Below, one piece after another: positions 61,942 to 64,000 of a DNA stretch of 64,000 nucleotides. The DNA is taken from contig CAVUKB010000001.1 of NCBI GenBank assembly GCA_963741955.1, forward strand, positions 1-64,000, in the 5' to 3' direction. The notes under the pieces are model-generated. The model had not been told where the DNA came from. It did not search any database and worked only from the letters and a program-made list of their open reading frames with translations. The position numbers and the translations under genes are program-made. The DNA is from an uncultured Acidobacteriota bacterium. Lineage in GTDB: Bacteria; Acidobacteriota; Thermoanaerobaculia; Gp7-AA8. The first letter of the stretch is position 1; every line of letters starts with the position of its first letter.

Positions 61942-62124
61942 TGCGGGGGCGAGGGGCGAAAGGCGAGAGGCGAGGAGGTGAGGATACGCCGCCAGGTCCG
62001 ACAAGTCTGACACGTGGGACTCGTCGGACACGTCTGACGTCCGGCCTGAAGCTCCCCGGCGATATTCTTCGCCCCTCGCCCCTCGCCCCTCGCCCCTTGC
62101 CCCTTGCCCCTCGCCTCTCGCCTC
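61942..62124. repeat. Inverted heptamer arrays (GGCGAGR / YTCGCCC) enclosing nonamer repeats
   Basis: G-rich units 61942-61978, TC(C/T)GAC nonamers in the middle, C-rich units 62069-62124. Confidence 0.85.
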
Positions 62125-62126
62125 CA

Positions 62127-62155
62127 TTGACTCCGCATCCCCCGTTCTTTATGCT
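62127..62155 (+). promoter_or_regulatory. Putative sigma70 promoter for tRNA-Val pair
   Basis: TTGACT-17 nt-TATGCT. Confidence 0.7.
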
Positions 62156-62232
62156 TGGCGCCCTCCGGAAATAAGCCGGACATCGGCCGGGGTTTCCGGG
62201 AGACAGGCGGCGACGCCGCCAGCGGTTCGTTC

Positions 62233-62308
62233 AGGCGCTTAGCTCAGTTGGTAGAGCATCACCTTCACACGGTGGGGGTCAGCGGTTCGAGTCCGCTAGC
62301 GCCTACCA
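62233..62308 (+). tRNA. tRNA-Val(CAC)
   Basis: 76-nt cloverleaf, loop TTCACAC, CCA end. Confidence 0.95.
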
Positions 62309-62357
62309 CGAACCGTCAGGTCGGTGGCCCGGCGGGCGGGCCGGAAATGGAAAGAGC

Positions 62358-62434
62358 AGGCTCTTAGCTCAGTTGGTTAGAGCGCCACCTTGACACGGTG
62401 GAGGTCAGCGGTTCGAGTCCGCTAGAGCCTACCA
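62358..62434 (+). tRNA. tRNA-Val(GAC)
   Basis: 77-nt cloverleaf, loop TTGACAC, CCA end. Confidence 0.95.
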
Positions 62435-62443
62435 TTCACGACG

Positions 62444-62518
62444 ATGGCGACATTCACGAAGGACGGAGCCGGCACTCGAACGACGAGCACGCGCTCGAGT
62501 GGACATCCCTGTCGATAG
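62444..62518 (+). CDS. Putative thrS leader peptide MATFTKDGAGTRTTSTRSSGHPCR
   Basis: 24 codons, 6 Thr, ends just before a terminator that precedes thrS. Confidence 0.6.
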   Translation: MATFTKDGAGTRTTSTRSSGHPCR

Positions 62519-62545
62519 TTCGTGAAAACAGGATTGCGACGAATG

Positions 62546-62574
62546 AAGACAGGGTTTACGGCCCTGTCTTTTTT
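62546..62574 (+). terminator. Intrinsic terminator / attenuator upstream of thrS
   Basis: AAGACAGGG-loop-CCCTGTCTT-TTTT. Confidence 0.85.
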
Positions 62575-62627
62575 GTTGCTGCGACGGAATTCAGGAGCGG
62601 GCCCGGGTGGCCCGAGGAGTGAGTGAG

Positions 62628-64000
62628 ATGCAAGTACAACTGCCGGACGGTTCGGTGAAAGAGGTGCAGGAGGGAGCCACTGTCGCTGCGGTCGCCGAGT
62701 CGATCGGCAAGCGGCTGGCGAAGGACGCCCTCGCGGGGAAGATCGACGGGAAGATCGTCGACGTCTACTTTCCGGTTCCCGACCGCGCCAAGGTGGAGAT
62801 CATCACTCCGAAGAGCGAGGAGGGGCGCGACGTGATCCGGCATTCGACCGCCCACCTGATGGCGATGGCGGTGCAGGAGCTCTTCCCCGGAACTCAGGTC
62901 ACCATCGGGCCCGTGATCGAGAACGGTTTCTTCTACGACTTCGCGACCGACCGCCCTTTCACCGACGAGGATCTCCGCCGCATCGAGGAGAAGATGCAGG
63001 AGATCGTGAAGCGTGATCTCCCGATCCAGCGCGAGGAGTGGGCGCGCGACGACGCGATCGCCGAATTCGAGCGGGCGGGGGAAAAGTACAAGGCGGAGAT
63101 CATCCGCGATATCCCTCCGGGCGAGACCCTCTCGGTCTACCGGCAGGGCGAATGGAAGGATCTCTGCCGCGGGCCGCACGTTCCCTCCACCGGACGTCTC
63201 GGGGCGTTCAAGCTCCTCTCCGTCGCCGGCGCGTACTGGCGCGGTGACGAGCGGAACGCGATGCTCCAGCGGATCTACGGCACCGCCTGGGCCGATCAGA
63301 AGGAGCTCGAGGAGCATCTGAGGCGGATCGAGGAAGCGAAGGCGCGCGATCACCGCAAGCTGGGAAAGGAGCTCGGCCTCTTCACCTTCTCCCACTTCGC
63401 TCCGGCGATGCCGATCTTCCTTCCGAAAGGGGCGGTGATCTACCGGGAGCTGATGACCTTCGTCCGCGAGTACTACGATCGTGACGGCTACTCGGAGGTG
63501 GTCACTCCTCTCATCTGGGAATCGGAGATCTTCCACGTCTCGGGGCACTACGAGAACTACAAGGATTCGATGTTCTTTTCCGACATCGACGAGCGGGAGT
63601 ACGGCGTGAAGCCGATGAACTGCCCGGGGCACACCCAGATCTTCGCCCTCGAGCGCCGCTCGTACCGCGATCTCCCGATGCGGATCGCCGACTTCGCGCG
63701 CCTCCACCGCTTCGAGCGGTCGGGCGTGACCCATGGGCTCGCGCGCGTCCGTTCGTTCTCACAGGACGACGCGCATCTGTTCGTGACTCCGGAGCAGATC
63801 GAGGAAGAGATGGGGCGGGAGATCCGGCTGATCAACGAGATGTACGAAGTGTTCGGATTCGAGAACGTGAAGGTCGCGCTCTCGACCCGTCCCGAGAAGC
63901 GGCTCGGAGACGATGCGATGTGGGACCGCGCCGAGGGCGCGCTCGAGGATGCACTCGAGCGCGAGCACGTCGAGTATCACGTCAACCCGGGTGAGGGAGC
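62628..64000 (+). CDS. thrS: Threonine--tRNA ligase (runs off window)
   Basis: Manual translation: MQVQLPDGS, IRHSTAHLMA, DLCRGPH, GAYWRGD, RDHRKLG, KPMNCPGH. Confidence 0.96.
   Translation, partial: MQVQLPDGSVKEVQEGATVAAVAESIGKRLAKDALAGKIDGKIVDVYFPVPDRAKVEIITPKSEEGRDVIRHSTAHLMAMAVQELFPGTQVTIGPVIENGFFYDFATDRPFTDEDLRRIEEKMQEIVKRDLPIQREEWARDDAIAEFERAGEKYKAEIIRDIPPGETLSVYRQGEWKDLCRGPHVPSTGRLGAFKLLSVAGAYWRGDERNAMLQRIYGTAWADQKELEEHLRRIEEAKARDHRKLGKELGLFTFSHFAPAMPIFLPKGAVIYRELMTFVREYYDRDGYSEVVTPLIWESEIFHVSGHYENYKDSMFFSDIDEREYGVKPMNCPGHTQIFALERRSYRDLPMRIADFARLHRFERSGVTHGLARVRSFSQDDAHLFVTPEQIEEEMGREIRLINEMYEVFGFENVKVALSTRPEKRLGDDAMWDRAEGALEDALEREHVEYHVNPGEG

Noticed and set aside
62435-62627. T-box riboswitch for thrS
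   Set aside because: No GGTGG(T/A)ACC T-box motif or Stem I; the leader-peptide model fits better

Overview
GC-rich bacterial chromosome segment; the lineage is probably Acidobacteriota (inferred from the Oar-like TonB-dependent receptor, the VWA/Ig protein and the sulfatase-TPR protein). It is mostly housekeeping genes: thiG, radC, cobB, mfd plus two PPIases, a Xer-like recombinase, tRNA-Gly, tpl, groESL with a perfect CIRCE, corA, pyrR-pyrB-pyrC, pilT, queF, purC, a DnaC-like ATPase, tsaB-rimI, asnB, lolC/E, vapBC, lysS, two tRNA-Val and a partial thrS. It also carries three intact-looking IS elements (IS1182, an rve/IS481-like element, ISL3), at least three MITE families that pile up on one another, and many intergenic 7-mer/9-mer repeat arrays. 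Most notable: (1) a 24-codon Thr-rich leader ORF with mutually exclusive antiterminator/terminator pairings between tRNA-Val and thrS, which looks like a ribosome-mediated attenuator; (2) a 682-aa protein with a divergent class III nucleotidyl cyclase core; (3) a recurring leaderless-mRNA architecture; (4) IS1182-type ends repeatedly abutting one MITE family at a shared CTAG-like site. All calls come from reading motifs by eye; no searches were run.
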